Numbered from the stretch's first letter, positions 45,700-60,058 are shown. The stretch is 64,000 nt of DNA from Podarcis pityusensis (GCA_964106645.2 OZ067043.1), one strand, 5' to 3'. Made by a program: numbers and translations. The notes: a model not told the origin generated them from the sequence alone.

Positions 45700-48600
45700 G
45701 CATATACTCTGCATGCAGAAAGTTCCTGGTTGAACTCCTAGCATCTCAGGTGAAAATAAAGATTTAGCAGGAGATATCAAAGACCTCTCTGTGAGGCAGA
45801 CTTTGGGCAGCTAATGCTAGTAATAGGAGGCAATACTGGGCTAATTGTGCCAATGTATAAGGCAGCTTCATATGTAAATCCACTTCCTCTCTAGTTTAGG
45901 TGGAATTGTGGCTTTGTTGTATGGTAGAACCCTGTGGAACTTAAAACAAGTATGAGTTAATGTTAACACTTGTGTGTGTGAAGTAATTAAAAGAAGGGCA
46001 AGCAAAATGTTTTTAGTGTGATTTATCTCATTTAATTTAGAGAAATCCAGTGACAATGAAGCTTCTTGTTACTTGCAGTGACACCCAAATAAAACAAGGA
46101 CTAATTTCATTGGTTTTGAAAATCATGCTTGCTTACATTTCAGAATGTTTCCAGTTACAGGCAATGTCCCCTCCTGGGTTAACTTGATGTTAATTCACAT
46201 TAAGTTATTCATTTTTTTCCCTTCACTCTACCATTGCTTATTTTGTAGTACTAGGAGCCAGAACTGGATTCTTGTAAGGTTTTTCCCAAGTTCCCTCCAA
46301 TGGTGATCTGTTTGCAGTTTTTAAAATTCTGACATGCACCATGTTGCTGTTATAACACATGAAATGTGCATTTACATTCTCTACTTATGTAGTGTTCATA
46401 TTAGATTACTTTCAAAAAGCTTTCTGTGACATTTTTACAGTTTTAAATTCTGGGAATGTCCTGTCCACAGTGATAGAAAGCAGTTTCCAGGAAAGAGTTA
46501 AACTGATGTAATATTGTAGGGCGGAAGTTTAACAAATGTGAGAACTATATAAAGCTATGAGATCAGAGGTTTAGAAACATCTTTTAGAAGGGAATCCTAT
46601 CGAACTCAGTACTGACCTCACTTTTACTCATAGGCACTGCTTAACAGTTCACCGTTGGAAATAATGTTACAGTGGAGTTTTAAAGTACTGAAGGAAAGGC
46701 ATTTATTCTGGACAGTGTTCTGTGCTTTGAGCCTGCTGGGTGAGTATTCGGTATGGGGGGGTGGACCCAACCTTACAATTGCTGTGTTACTTGCAGACAG
46801 AAAATGAAGAATGAATCTTGTTCTGCCTGTGCCATAGTTATTGAATACTGACGGAAGTTTATCTCTTGTAATATCTGTTAGATAGCTAGATGCTAATAAC
46901 ATTAGAAGCAAACTGGTAAACAGAATGCACAGCATGTAAAGGAATAGTGCACACAACTGAAATACTCTAATTAGTGGCATATAGAATTTTTGCAGGTTTT
47001 ATAGTTGTATAGTTGCCCATGTGCAGAAGTGGCATACAGAAGGCTATCAGATGCACACATTTTATTCATGGTTTTGCAATTCTCCGTACTAGACATCTCC
47101 AGTGATTGTTAGCAAGGCTTCAGTATCCCAGAGACTAACATACATTATTTTTATTAAACATAAAATCCTAGACTGTGTAGCTGAGCGCGTCTGTTTGTAG
47201 CCTGCTAGCCTATAGTGGTTGGCACAACTGACTACTTTTGGTAATTACTGTTACTATTTTTGAATGCTTATGCATTTTATTTGTACAACTTAAAAAAAGT
47301 AATGATTAGGGAATGTTATGTTACTAATTTCTAAGTTGAAGGTACTGCATAGTGTATGTATAGCACAACTGAGTATTTTGCACACTTTTGCAGCCAGACT
47401 ACTTTAATTTCTCTTTATCCACTAGACCATAAGACCCTCCTTAGACAAGTCACTGGACTGTATTCCTGTCTTTCTAATGTTTATTGCACTTTTTAGTACT
47501 CCCCAAAGGATCGTGCTTATCCTGCTCTGAAGCTGGCATGGCCTGTTTATTTATTTTGTGGGGTTTTGTTTTTCCTTCTTACATCTACTGGCCAAGTCAC
47601 AGTTCATATGGCAGTTGTATTTGCTGCCCGTGTACATCAAGTGAGCAGGAGAGATGTGTGTCTGCAGCTGGTCACAGCATGTTTCAGGGACATCACTTTG
47701 GTGGCTATGCAATTAATTGCCCTCCTGTTTTAAACCATTCAGGTTTAAAAATCAAAGATTTTGAAAGGAAAAAGCAAAGTAAGGCCTAATTTGTGTGGCT
47801 GCAATTAACTTTGTAAACAAATAAATATAATATGGTCTTCTTTTTCAGTGTTGTGTGTGAAAATTGTCTTGTAGCTGGCTTTCTAACATCCAGATATAGG
47901 TTTTTTTAAAAAATACATGTGGAATTGCTACTGCTGCAGTCTCTGCAAGTTCAGTGTTGAACTTTATTAAACCCTTTTGAAATTTTATCTAATTTTATCT
48001 AGTAATTGAAAAAGCAATGTGATACTCTATTCCCTTTAAAAGTAGGCTTCACTCCACACAATTACTTGAACCAGCTAGGGAGAAAATCATGTAAGCACAT
48101 TTACCAATGAAATCCAATGTTGAATAAACATAGGAATCGGCATGCATCTCTCTATTGTGACTCTCATTCATACTACATTGAAAGGCTTCTAATGTGAATG
48201 AGAAGGTGCATCCAGGTCCATTAGTTATGTACAACTAGAGCTGGATTTCCATCGCAATTAGAGATGCTTTCCAACACATGAATTTGCATTTTGAAGATGC
48301 ACATAGGGTTCTGTTTTTGGCTCCTGTCTACACTTGGCAAATATTTTCAAGGTAATTTTACGCCTGTGTGTCTTGGCTTCGTCTTCTGCAATAATACTTT
48401 ATCTTCTTGGGCATATTGCCTAGAAATGTATGCATGAAAAGCATTATGTCATAGTTAAAGCAGTGGTGGAATGCAGGCATACGAAGCTTGCTTAGCTGCC
48501 TAGATATATCCTCATCAGTGAGCTTGCATTTTCTATTAGGGAAACATGGTTTTTGTTTTTGTTTTGGTAAGTAAAGCTAGTAGTCACCATATCTTGGGCT

Positions 48601-48886
48601 GTGAACGTGCTGGATTTCCCTCTCTAAAACATGAAAAACAATTGGGTTTAATTTGTGTTCTGTCATGACATGCAAGTAAATCCCATGCCAAAACCTCCAT
48701 CACCTTAGAACATACAGTACACTATTACTAACTTTCAGAAATATACTAATCAAACTGAATATGCCTCAGAAAACTATCAGCTAAAACCATGCATTTCTCT
48801 GAGATGTAATTGTTTTTATTTTTATTTTTATGCTGTGACTTAGGGTGGTACAGTGACTTAGGTTTATGCTGTGACTTAGGGTGGTA

Positions 48887-49128
48887 CAGTGGTACCTCGG
48901 GTTAAGTACTTAATTCGTTCTGGAGGTCCGTACTTAACCTGAAACTGTTCTTAACCTGAAGCACCACTTTAGCTAATGGGACCTCCTGCTGCCGCCACGC
49001 CGCCGGAGCCCAATTTCTGTTCTTATCCTGAAGCAAAGTTCTTAACCTGAAGCACTATTTCTGGGTTAGCGGAGTGTGTAACCTGAAGCGTATGTAAACT
49101 GAAGCGTATGTAACCTGAGGTACCACTG
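48887..49128. mobile_element. Tc1/pogo (Tigger-like) MITE
   Basis: TA-CAGTGGTACCTC...GAGGTACCACTG-TA. Confidence 0.9.
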
Positions 49129-50212
49129 TATACAGATTGATTGATTGAATAAATAAATAAAGTTAGTTAAACACATTAAGAACAAGAGTAATTTACAGAT
49201 ACATTCCTACGGTGACAGTATTGTGAGGTGGCACTTGGTAGTTGAGGAAATGTCCCGTCCCCCCTTGGTCCACTGGCTGTGTACACAACATACATTTAAA
49301 GCACCCCACCCCCACAAGAATCCTGGTAGCTGCAGTTTGTTAAGGGTGCTGGGAAATGTAGTACTGTGGGAGGAGGTAAACAACACTTTGTTTGTATGTG
49401 GATAGTATGTCATTTTCTTGGCACAAAGGTCAACCACTTTTATGTCTATTTCCTGTTCCTAATTTTCAGCATCAGTTGTGTTTTCTCAGGCTACCTTGAG
49501 GTATGTGTGGGTAAAAATATTAAGTGCAAAAATGAATTATACACATCCAAATGCACTGTAGACTTGAACTGGTAAACCTAAGCCAGTCACATTTTTCCAG
49601 CACATGTTCTCTGCATGCCCACAGCTCTTAGGTCATACACAACTCCCTTTCACACATTACATGTTTACCACAGCAAACAGAAATGTAACCATAGCCTACA
49701 CGATTGTGAAGCAGCTTTTAGGTTTTTTGTTCTGCATAGATAGAAGTACACGTGATGACATTCAGAGGCATCAAGTGATACATTGATCTGATCCTTCAAG
49801 GTTCTGCAAGACATCTATTGTGAGATGCTAGTTTCTCAACTCCCACTGATTTATATGAAAATAAGGTCAGTTTTCCCAATTACCAAAAAGATGGCTTATG
49901 TTCTGAGAGCATCTTATTGTAACTTTATTTGTTTCTTTATTTAACTTGATTTTCACTGTGATTTCATAGTTCACACACACTGTTAACAAAGTTACACTGT
50001 TTTATGTGCACATGTTAAAATGTAAAGTATGAATGCAACAAACATATTTTTATAAACATGCCTATTATATGCTACTAGGGAGCTAGGATTGCCTATAGCC
50101 CCCCCCCCCATGTGTGTATGCTAAGAAACAAATATATGTTTGCCACTACATAATGTCTGAAGCAAGAGAAAACTCCTACATGGAAACAACTTCGCTATTG
50201 CAAAAAGCATGT

Positions 50213-50430
50213 AACAACAACAACAACAACAACAATTTATTATTTATACCCCACTCATCTGCCTGGGTTTTCCCAGCTACTCTTGGGCAGCTTCCAACAA
50301 AATATTAAAAATAAAATAAAACATCACTAAACAGGGCTGCCTTCAGATGCCTTCTAAAAGTCAGATAGTTGTTTATTTCCTTGACGTCTGATTGGATGGC
50401 GTTCCACAGGGCGGGTGCCACTACCGAGAA
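50213..50430 (-). mobile_element. L2-type LINE 3' end with (TTG)n tail
   Basis: Reverse strand TTCTCGGTAGTGGCACCCGCCCTGTGGAACGCC translates to FSVVAPALWNA. Confidence 0.7.
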
Positions 50431-53273
50431 GACTACTACCATGCCATATGTGGCAATCTCAACCATGTCTAAATATGATTTGCAAGTGTGATTTTTATAG
50501 ACAGGAGTAGTAACACAGTGCCCTCCTTATATTATTGAACTCCAACTCCCATCATCCCTGACTATTAGCCATCCTGCAGGGTATCTAACAACATCTGGAG
50601 GGTGCCATGTTGTCTGTCCATGCTATGTAGGAAGCTTTACCCCTTGAAGTGGATCTGACATTCCAGATTTCAGTCCTGATGACCACCATGTTTGTGGTCA
50701 ATCTGTTTTAAATAAGAATGTTGCAATCACAGCTGATTGTTAATTATGTTATTTAGAAAACTATATCAATATACAAGCCAGCTTCTGCTTTTCATGTCAA
50801 GATAATGTTTTTGATGTTGCTTTTGGCCTCATAAAAGATGCTTAAATATTAAATTAACGGTTCAAGAAAAGTTTCCTTTGGCATGAGTAATGGAATATTC
50901 AAGTAGCCTGAACCTGACATTCCCTACAAATTAATAATTATACAGTTTGGATGCTAAATTTCATTTTGACATTTACAAATTAATTTTATTTGAAATGTGT
51001 ACCTATGAGATGGTGTGATTTAGACTTAAGTGCAGTCTAGAAGAGAAAATTCATAATGTGATTAATCATTACAGATTTAAATTCAAATAGTTAATAAACA
51101 ACTAAAAGACAAATTACCTGAGCTGAAGTGAAATATTCAAGCAATTACATTCAAATTATTTCAGTCAGGTTTCAAAGTTTACAAAGATTATAAAACCCAG
51201 ATATTCATATAATTTAATCCATTGTCTGAAGAATAAGCTATTGAAATAGCAGGCTAGCAGCCAAGCAAAAATCTCTTTTATCAGTTTTGTCTGAGTGTTG
51301 ATTAGGTGAGCATGCTTGCAATGATGTAATGGCTTAAGCTGTCATCCTCTCTCCTTCCCACATTCTCTTAGCCCTTTTTTGGCATTGTTCGTGACTGCAA
51401 AAGCCCACACCCAAATCCTGTCTGGGCCATATGGAATAGGAAAAAGGGTTCAGGAGGGGGAAAGCATAGAATTTTATCGGATATTTCCAGAGGGAAAGGG
51501 ACTCCACCCTTTGAATTCCTGCCACATGGCAGGAGAGGAGCAAAGCTAGAGATTCATGAGTAATGTAGCTCAGAGTCCCCAAAGGTGGTGCTCATTATAA
51601 CTGCTGGAAGAATAAAATATAAATACTGATGGAATTCGTAATCCTGGCCTCTCGATTTCAGTTATTTCCCATTTCATCCAAGATATGAAATTCTGGATCT
51701 GAGCATTATCACTGCTAGCATGCTATGGGATCAATATGATATTCTTTTGCATTCTGAGTACTAATAAAGGTGCTTACCACTACCTCCCATTTTCATTTTT
51801 AATCTCATTCAATCTATCATTATAATATCCAGTTATAATTGGGCAATCAAACAAGTGGACATACCATTTAAGAGGGCTGCGGCTGCTTTTCATGTTACTT
51901 TTTAAAGTTGCAAGTTCACCATCTGGAAGATCTGAGAAGACACATAAAATCATTAAGTGAGACTTAACTGAGCAAAGTGTTACTGAGCGAAGACTTGTGT
52001 TCAGCATGTCTCAGAAATTGATTCAAAAGTCTATGGAATCTCTCTCAGAGACATACATGTTTATAATATTACTCATATTTCCCCATGTATCATCAGATAT
52101 AAGTGTAATTCCCAAAAGTATATCCATGCAGTAGAGACTGTGAGACAGTAAACCATATTTATTCCCCCCTTTGTGCATGTATGTAATTTATTTAAAGCAG
52201 TATATCATGCAGCTTCTTTGCCAATTTTTGGTGTCGTTACAAAACAGTGTACATTTTGAACTTTATGGCATGAAACCTGAAAGTTCATATGAATGCTTTA
52301 TATCTTCACCGTGGATTTAGCATGACCGTATGCCTTTATTGGTGAATACATTTAGACAGATCACATGCTGTTTCATGGGCTCTGGGCAGCAGGGATGGCC
52401 CTACCATTAGCCAGAGCATGACGGTTGCCTCGAACAGCAGTTTTTGGATGTCATGAAAAGGCAGCAAGTTGTTAGTTATTTAAATTATTGTTATTGTATT
52501 TTTACTACCAGGGAGGAAGAAGATGTGTTTGTGGTACTTTTTACCTCAGATGCTAAAACAACTTGAATGGCCTTGGGTACTGTGTATCTTAATTTGGTGG
52601 GAAGGGTGCCATTTATTGCTCTGCAACAGGCACCCAGTCTTGGGAGATGGCCCTGCTGGGCAGCTTACACCAATTTCATCACCCATCTTATTTCTCACTA
52701 CCCCAAAATGACTCATATTATAGATACTGGGTATGGAAGTTTTGAGCGGACCAAAGAGAAATGACAACAAAAAATGTCATTTCTCTCCATGAGCACTTGT
52801 CCCTCCCTTTCCCTTCAAATTCTGCTCTTTGACAAATGTACGTTATTCAAATTCTCTTAACCTTACTTAGACTCCTTCCTGCCATCTACAGCAGAAACAA
52901 AAGTCAGGTTGAGAGGAGGCAGACAACTTTCACTGAGAGAGAGAGAGAGAGAGAGTAGTGTGTGTGTTGCCTGCTGTGTGCATGAGGAACCCAGTTCCAG
53001 CTGCTGGAGCGACAGCAGGTGGAGACATCTGTGGTGATAGTTCCCCTTGCGACTTCTTTTCCTCTTCTTCCTGACAGGGCAGTTTCCTAAATGGCTGCCA
53101 TGTAAGGAGAGCTGTTGCCTATATATGTGCCTGGGCTATAATTTTTCTATAACCACAAACAGTGGTGATGGGAACACCTAAGATGTGGTAGCCAATTAAT
53201 AAAGCAATATTTACTTAACAATTGTTAACAGGTTTCTGTGTTTGAATCAGAATAACACATGTGGAAAGCCAAC

Positions 53274-53277
<4 letters not shown>

Positions 53278-53306
<29 letters not shown>
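53278..53306. repeat. (GT)n microsatellite
   Basis: Direct observation. Confidence 0.95.
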
Positions 53307-53309
<3 letters not shown>

Positions 53310-56244
53310 GGGAGAGAGAGATTCAGCAACCAGCCTGTACTTCTTATACTGGTGCGCTGAGTGGGGGAGCAATATACAAAATACACTGGCCCTGTCTGAA
53401 CAGTGGGGTAGCTATATGAAGAGGATGAATGATGTTATGTAAAGCTCATTAAGCAGTATTATTCTTTATTTGTAAAACCAACAGAGTGCATAGTTTAAAG
53501 AACAGCATGGTTAACAACAGTAGTAATGAAATTTATTATTTCTATAGTGGGGTTATTTTTTGGTGTTCAAAGTTATAATTATCTCAACAATCCTAACAAC
53601 AACCCAGTAAGGTAGCCTTTGCCAACTTGGTGCCCTCTGGATATTTGGGGCTACAACTCCCATCATCCTTAGCCAGCATGGCCAACAGCTGATGGGAATT
53701 GTAGTCCAAAAACATCTGGAGGGTAGCAGGTTTGTGAAGGCTGTTGTAATGTATATCAGTATTATTCAGAAGTCCCATGGTGTACTTGCCGTGAATATTG
53801 TGATGGAAGAGTATATTTATGGGTGCATTATAGTCTTTTGGTAAAGTTTGCTCTTTTTATTTAAATTACAACATCAATTAAAGCTGTAATCCTACACCTA
53901 CTTACCTGGGAATAAGACCTGCAGCACTCAGTGGATCTTACCTCTGAGCAGGCATGTCTAGAATTACCTGTTACATTACACTCTCAGGGAGTATGAAAAA
54001 TAGTGTGCTCACGATTGATTATACAGAGGAAGCTAAATATACAAACTCCCTTTGTTAGCCTCACAGCTTACACAGTTTCACCCAATAAAGGTTAAGGTCT
54101 TTCCATTTGTTTCTGTGGAGACAGATATTTGAGTAGTGTAGGTAATGATGTAGAACTTCCGTTTGACTGTGTGAGGACAAATCATTTTAAAGATGTGTTT
54201 ATGTTGCTTGGGGACTATTTGATTTGATTTGGGACAAATAGTTCTCAGTTAATTGTCTTTGGAAAGCCAAAGGGGACCGATACTTGGAGCAAATGATATT
54301 TTGCTAAAGTTTGCAGAATGCAAATAATATTAAACTTGGCAAAATGTCATTCCTCTCCAACAACTAGTTGATATAAACAAAGGGTTTTTTTTTAATGCAA
54401 ACTGTAACATGTAGCTGCTTCAAACACCAGTGGTTTTATGTTTATTGTGTCCACTTGGCTTCAGCAATGCAGTGCAAACTCTCGGCACTAATAAATTCAT
54501 ACAGAGTTTCCAAAACTAATGAAAACAAGCTGTGCATAAAATTGTGACAATTGAGGCAAGTTCCATGCCCATGTGCGCTGTTAAGGATCCTTTGGGCTCT
54601 AACGATACAGAACAATTTGAAGTTTCTTAGTATGAAGTATCTACATGAAGTGTAAAAGTTGGAAAATTTGGGGGTGGTTGTGGCAGGGAAGGAATAAATA
54701 AATAAGAAATAATTAGGACCTTGTTTTACAGTATTTGAGGTGGAGAAAATATTTGCCAAAATGTTAAGGTGATTTCTAAAACATCTGGAAAAATTCAGGA
54801 GTTTTTGTTTGGGTGGTTGTGGCACTTGGGGAGGCCAAGTGTTAGGAACTATGCCATTGTAATGAAGTAAGACTTTTTGCTAATGTCCATGTAAACAATG
54901 GCACATACTCATGAAGGCTTATGAAAGCGGTATATGACGCTGATTACTCTATTTATCCTTTGCCACAAAAATCTTGTCTCCTGTTCTTGATTTGATCTAA
55001 CTTTTTCTTGGGGAAACAAAATGTAGCAACTATTTTTTTATTTTTTTTGTAATCAGGCTGCAGAATGCATTGTAAGTCCTTTTTCGTGAACAAAGAATTA
55101 TATTGGTGGAGCAATTTGGATTGCCAGTTAATCAGCTTTGCAAGTTGATTCAAACATCCCTTTTCTACTGTCCTCAAAGTGTGGTGCATAATTAAGGAGT
55201 TACTAGTAGAATACAGAGGTTTTCAAATCTTTACTGTGCAACATGTTGAACATTGTATTGAAATCTGAATATGTACATCTAATGATATCCAACATGTTTT
55301 GCAAATGAAGATAAGCCAGTCCCTCCTTACAATGAAACATGGGTGAGAAGTACTGCCTGGTTGGCTGTTTACCCTATACCCTTATATTTAGATAGATCTG
55401 CCTGCTCTGTTTATAAGGAGACAAAATATTACTATTAGAGTTTATTTAAAATGCTACCCATTTAAATCTTATCTCTTTTCCTGTAATTCAATTTCCTTCC
55501 AGGCACCTTCATCTCATGGAACTAAGTAATCTTTTTTTATTCTTCATTGAGGTTTTAATGCTCATTACTAAAGGGATGGCTTTTAATGGATAAACAATTC
55601 TTTTTTCATGAACTTGGGCAATCAGGATAAGCAATTTAAGGATTTCTAAAAGGTGGCTGCATATAGGTTTTACAAACTGTACAGATATAACTATATACCT
55701 GTAGCTAAAATTTCAGAGCTTTTAGCAGTGAAGACCCCCTCCCGGGTTTTTTAAAATTTCTATTATGTTAACCAAAATAGTGGATAAGGCAAGTGCATGA
55801 AAGAGATAACGATCAGGCTGGAAAGCAGTTTGTGAACCTTGCGTATTTGGATGGATTTAAATTATTTATTTATATCCTGCCCGGTGGAACAAGTAGGTCT
55901 TAACTGCCCATCTGAATGAATGGAAAGAAGAAGCCTGGTGGATCTACCCAGAAAGGATGTTGCATGATAAAGATGCCACCACATAAAAGGTCCTGTCTCT
56001 CACGTCTAACCTCCAAGCAATAGTACAGAGAGAATGGCTTCTGATGTTGATCTCAGGCCTTGAGCAGACTGGGAACAAATGGTTTCATCTCAATGAGTTT
56101 AGCTGCATTAAGAGACATTTATCTGATTTATGCTGCAACCCTGAGTCCATTTATCTGTGGGTACATCCCACTGAACTCAATGGGACTCTTTTCAGAATAG
56201 ACAGGTCTACGTTTAGTGCTGTCGACCCTACTATTAACTTAAAA

Positions 56245-56291
56245 TCAGTTGGTAGAGCATGAGACTCTTAATCTCAGGGTCGTGGGTTCGA
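56245..56291 (+). pseudogene. truncated tRNA-Lys(CTT) fragment (pseudogene or SINE head)
   Basis: TCAGTTGGTAGAGCATGAGACTCTTAATCTCAGGGTCGTGGGTTCGA matches the D, anticodon and T arms of vertebrate tRNA-Lys-CTT. Both acceptor-stem strands are missing. Confidence 0.8.
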
Positions 56292-56689
56292 TTCAATTTA
56301 AATTAATTTATTCAGTTGATTCTGTGTAATTTTCCAAGCGGTTGTTTTTGATTTTTTTTACATCAGCTTTGGCTTCTGTTAAGTAATAAACAAGGAACTC
56401 CCTTTACTCACATGGAATTATGGCTGCTGTGTGCACAGCTGTTCCAGTATTGTTCTTAATGTTGTATGCTGTCATCCTCCTTTGGGATTCAGAGTGGAAG
56501 AAAGACTATCCTCCTTGTTTGTTGCTGTTAAAGTGTTCTACAATAGCAGTGCAAAGGAAACGCCAAAGCAGGTTGGTTTACTTGTGGTTTTCTGGATAGT
56601 GTTGAGCTCCAAAACCCATCAGCCTCAGCCAGCATGACCAGTGGTCAGGGAGAATGGGAGTTTATCTATTTATGCCATCATTCTTATAT

Positions 56690-57430
56690 CCTGCTCTTCC
56701 TTCCTTAGGAAACACAGGGCAAATTACAATAAAGGCAATTAAATATTTTTGAAACAGTAATAAAAAAAGAAGCCTTTAACATAAAAATCAGGGAATCATT
56801 AGAAACAGCAGTAGAGTCTACAGAATCGGCATTTACATTCGAAATGCCTGGATGAAGTTTTTAAATGCACCTAAACATGTTAACTGTGAGGGACAGCTAT
56901 ATCTTACAGGGGAGGAAGTTCCGTAAATGGGACAGCGCCACTGAGAAGGATCTGTCTTATGGCCCCAACCAGCAATCAACTTCTGCTGATTATTATTATT
57001 ATTTAGTAAATTTCTGTGATGCCCTTCATCTGAAGATCATAGAGCAGTTTACAATATAAAAACACAAAAATACATGCCATAACAACGAACATAAACATAA
57101 TAACAAACACCCCACAGTTTAAAAGGACATAGATTGTTTAATTAGCCGAGGGCCTGGAAGAAGGGGAATGTTTTTTCCTGGCACCTAAAGACATGCAATG
57201 AAGGCACCAGGCAAGGCTTCCTGGGGAGAGCATTCCACAAGTGGGGAGCCAGCAAAGAAAAGGCGCATTCCCATATTGCCACCCTCCAGGGCTCTCATGG
57301 AGGAAACAACTTGCAGGGCTGATGGTATTGGAGACACTCCTTCAAGTACTAGGATTCTAATTTGTTCAGAGCTTTATACACAACTACCAGGGCCTTGAAT
57401 TGGACCTGGTAGTTCACTGGCAACCAGTCC
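56690..57430 (-). mobile_element. cluster of degenerate L2 3' fragments
   Basis: 56990-57290 is the reverse complement of a sequence similar to the L2 3' end at 60800-61110. Confidence 0.6.
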
Positions 57431-59362
57431 AAAGTTTTAAGGATCCCCCATTGCTGCCCAGTGTGACAGTGGTGTGTGATGCTATCTGCAGCTTCTGGGG
57501 TCCCTTCAAGTGGGGATGTCAGAAAATTCCAACAGAAACTGGTGTGTCAATTGCCATCGTTCTCTTATGTATCCCATGTTTGGAAAGGAAAGCAAACCAG
57601 CTAATAAGATAAATATCCACTGTTGTTTTCAGGCCACAAATGGTACATAACATTATGTAATTGATTATTCCCCCCCCACACACACACATTTGTATTGTGT
57701 TTCCTTTGCATTCTTTATCTTCAATCCATGGTGAATGACAGATAGCTAATTGACCCCTACATGTTTCCACCACTTCGAGAAGGAAGCATGGAAGCATCCA
57801 TAGAAGGCTCATCCTCCTCTCTTAGCAAAGTCAGGAATAGAATGCACAGATCCTTCTTTAGTTACTACATCACAGGCCTCCCTTGTGATTAAAGACCTGC
57901 TTCACACAAAATAAACTGTACTTGTGCCACTGGCAAGAGCTATTTTAAATAGTTCCTTTCCCTCAATGTGCTTTTTTGTTTGAGGCTTTCTTATACTCTG
58001 TTATTTAAGACAGGATACAGTTCTCTTGCTACTATTTAAAATGTAAAACTAAACATAGTCAGAGGTGGGTGCAGGTCTCAGCATGGCATTAGTATAACAT
58101 GCTTGGCATGTTTTTCTCGTCTTGAGGACACTGCAAAACATGGCCTTCTTCTCTTCTACATCTCCTATAGAAGGCCTAAGTCCCATTACTGCTCTCAGAG
58201 GCTGATGGACCCAATGAGTTTCCTGACGACTCTGGGGGATTTTCCATCTACGATGGGCACTCCTGTTGAAGCCCTGGCCGAACTCTAAAACATCCAAATG
58301 GTTTGGGCCATTGACACAAGCGCCTCTAAGTACCCTTTCCTGCTTCCTGGAGCCCACTTGGCTGCCTGGTATATTCCAGACCTCAAGGCAAGGAAACAAG
58401 TTAGGAGGCGGTTTGAACATGAGTGGAGGAAAACTCTGTTCGAATGCAGTCAAATACTGGTGAGGGCTCGTCATCGAGTCCACCTTGTGGCATACTTTGC
58501 TGCCTCCATTGCATCCTCGTTATGCCATCTGGCAGAACTTTTTGAGGTTGTGTGGGGCCTCTTACAGTCTGACCCAAAGGAGGTGACAGAACTGATGGTA
58601 GCTTGCTGTAACTTGTTTGCAAAGCATTTTGAGGATAAAATCGCTTGCATCCACCAGGATCTTGACTGTTACAGCAGATGAATCTGAAGGAGAGTCCAGA
58701 GCACTTTCTAGTCTTGCTGTTTTGGATGAGTTTCAGTTAGTAAGGCGTGCTTGAGGATGTGGACATGGTGCTTCAATCAGTTAAGGTGACCACTTGCTCT
58801 GGACCCTTGCCCCTCGTGGCTGATCAAAACTAGCAGGGAGGGGACAGCTGGCTGGGCCAGGGAAGTGATCAGTGCCTCCTTCAAGAGGAGTGGTCCCTGC
58901 CTGCTTGAAGGAGGCAGCTGTCAAACCACTCCTAAGAAACCCTCTCTGGATTTGGGAAATCTAGCTAACTACTGGCCAGTTGCCAGTCTCCCCTTCTTGG
59001 ACAAGATTATTGAGCGGCTAGACATGGATCAGATTCCGGTGCTCTGGGAGGAAACAGATTTTCTAGATCAATTTCAAATGTGGTGTAGGTCTGGTTTTGG
59101 TGCAGAAACTGCTTTGGTCACCCTGCATGATGATCACTGTTGGGAGAGAAATGGGAAAATGTGTCCCTGTTAATTATCCTCAGCCTCTCAGCAGCTTTCG
59201 ATACCATTGACCATGGTATCCTTCTGGAGTGGCTGTCTGAATTGAGTGTGAGTGGCCCCAATCTGTGGTGAGTCTAGTCCTATTTGGATGGATGTTTCCA
59301 GACAGTGATGCTTGGGGAGTGCTCTTCAGCCCTGTGGAGCCTTCAATTTGGGGTTCCTTGGG

Positions 59363-59910
59363 AACTGGCTGAAATGACTGGTAGAATCCGTGACCAGGGA
59401 GAAGAGTCGGTGGAAGAAGATTGGAAGAAATTTAAAGATTATCTGCAGAAACATTGCAAAATTAAAGAATGTTAGAGTGATGTTGGATTGAAATTAAGTG
59501 GCTTCTAGCTGTACAGGCTTTAAAGTTATATATAGATCAAGATTAAGGATTAGGATTAAAAAAAAGTTAAAAGAAATGGAAAATTGGTTTTTAATAGGTA
59601 AAAATTTAATGTTATATTATGTTAAGATTAAAGATTGGGATTAAAAAAAAGGGGGAAAGGAATTGCTGGACAAACAAATTGAACTGGAATACAAAAGAGG
59701 GAGGTATGAGGAGGTCCAGAAAATAAGTAAATTTAAAAGTGGTGATGAAAAGGTGATATTGTTTTTAAGTGTTTTCTTTTTTTGTTTTTTGTTTTTTGTA
59801 CTGTGTATTGCGTATTTTTGTATTGTGTATTTTTCTTTTTTACTTTTAATTCTTTTTTATTGATGTGTCCTTTTATATTGGAAACTTTAATAAATATCAT
59901 TAAAAAAAAA
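59363..59910 (+). mobile_element. 5'-truncated L1-clade 3' end
   Basis: ORF2 end MTGRIRDQGEESVEEDWKKFKDYLQKHC, AT-rich 3'UTR, AATAAA and poly(A). TSD CAATTTGGGGTTCCTTGGG at 59344-59362 and 59911-59929. Confidence 0.85.
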
Positions 59911-60058
59911 CAATTTGGGGTTCCTTGGGGAGCCTTCAATTTTGGGGTTCAATTTTATCCCCTGTGCTGTTTTACATCTACATGAAATTGCTGAGTGGGG
60001 TTATCTGGAAATTTGGAATGTTTTAGTCGGCAATATGCTGATTACACCCAGCTATATT

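Larger units (their letters stand above)
45455..45875 (+). mobile_element. Squam3-like SINE containing nested Penelope-like and BovB fragments
   Basis: Head GCTTAGTGGT..AGCA resumes at 45711 (GCATGCAGAAAGTTCCTGGTTGAACTCC). Tail GTATAAGGCAGCTTCATATGT. Confidence 0.65.
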
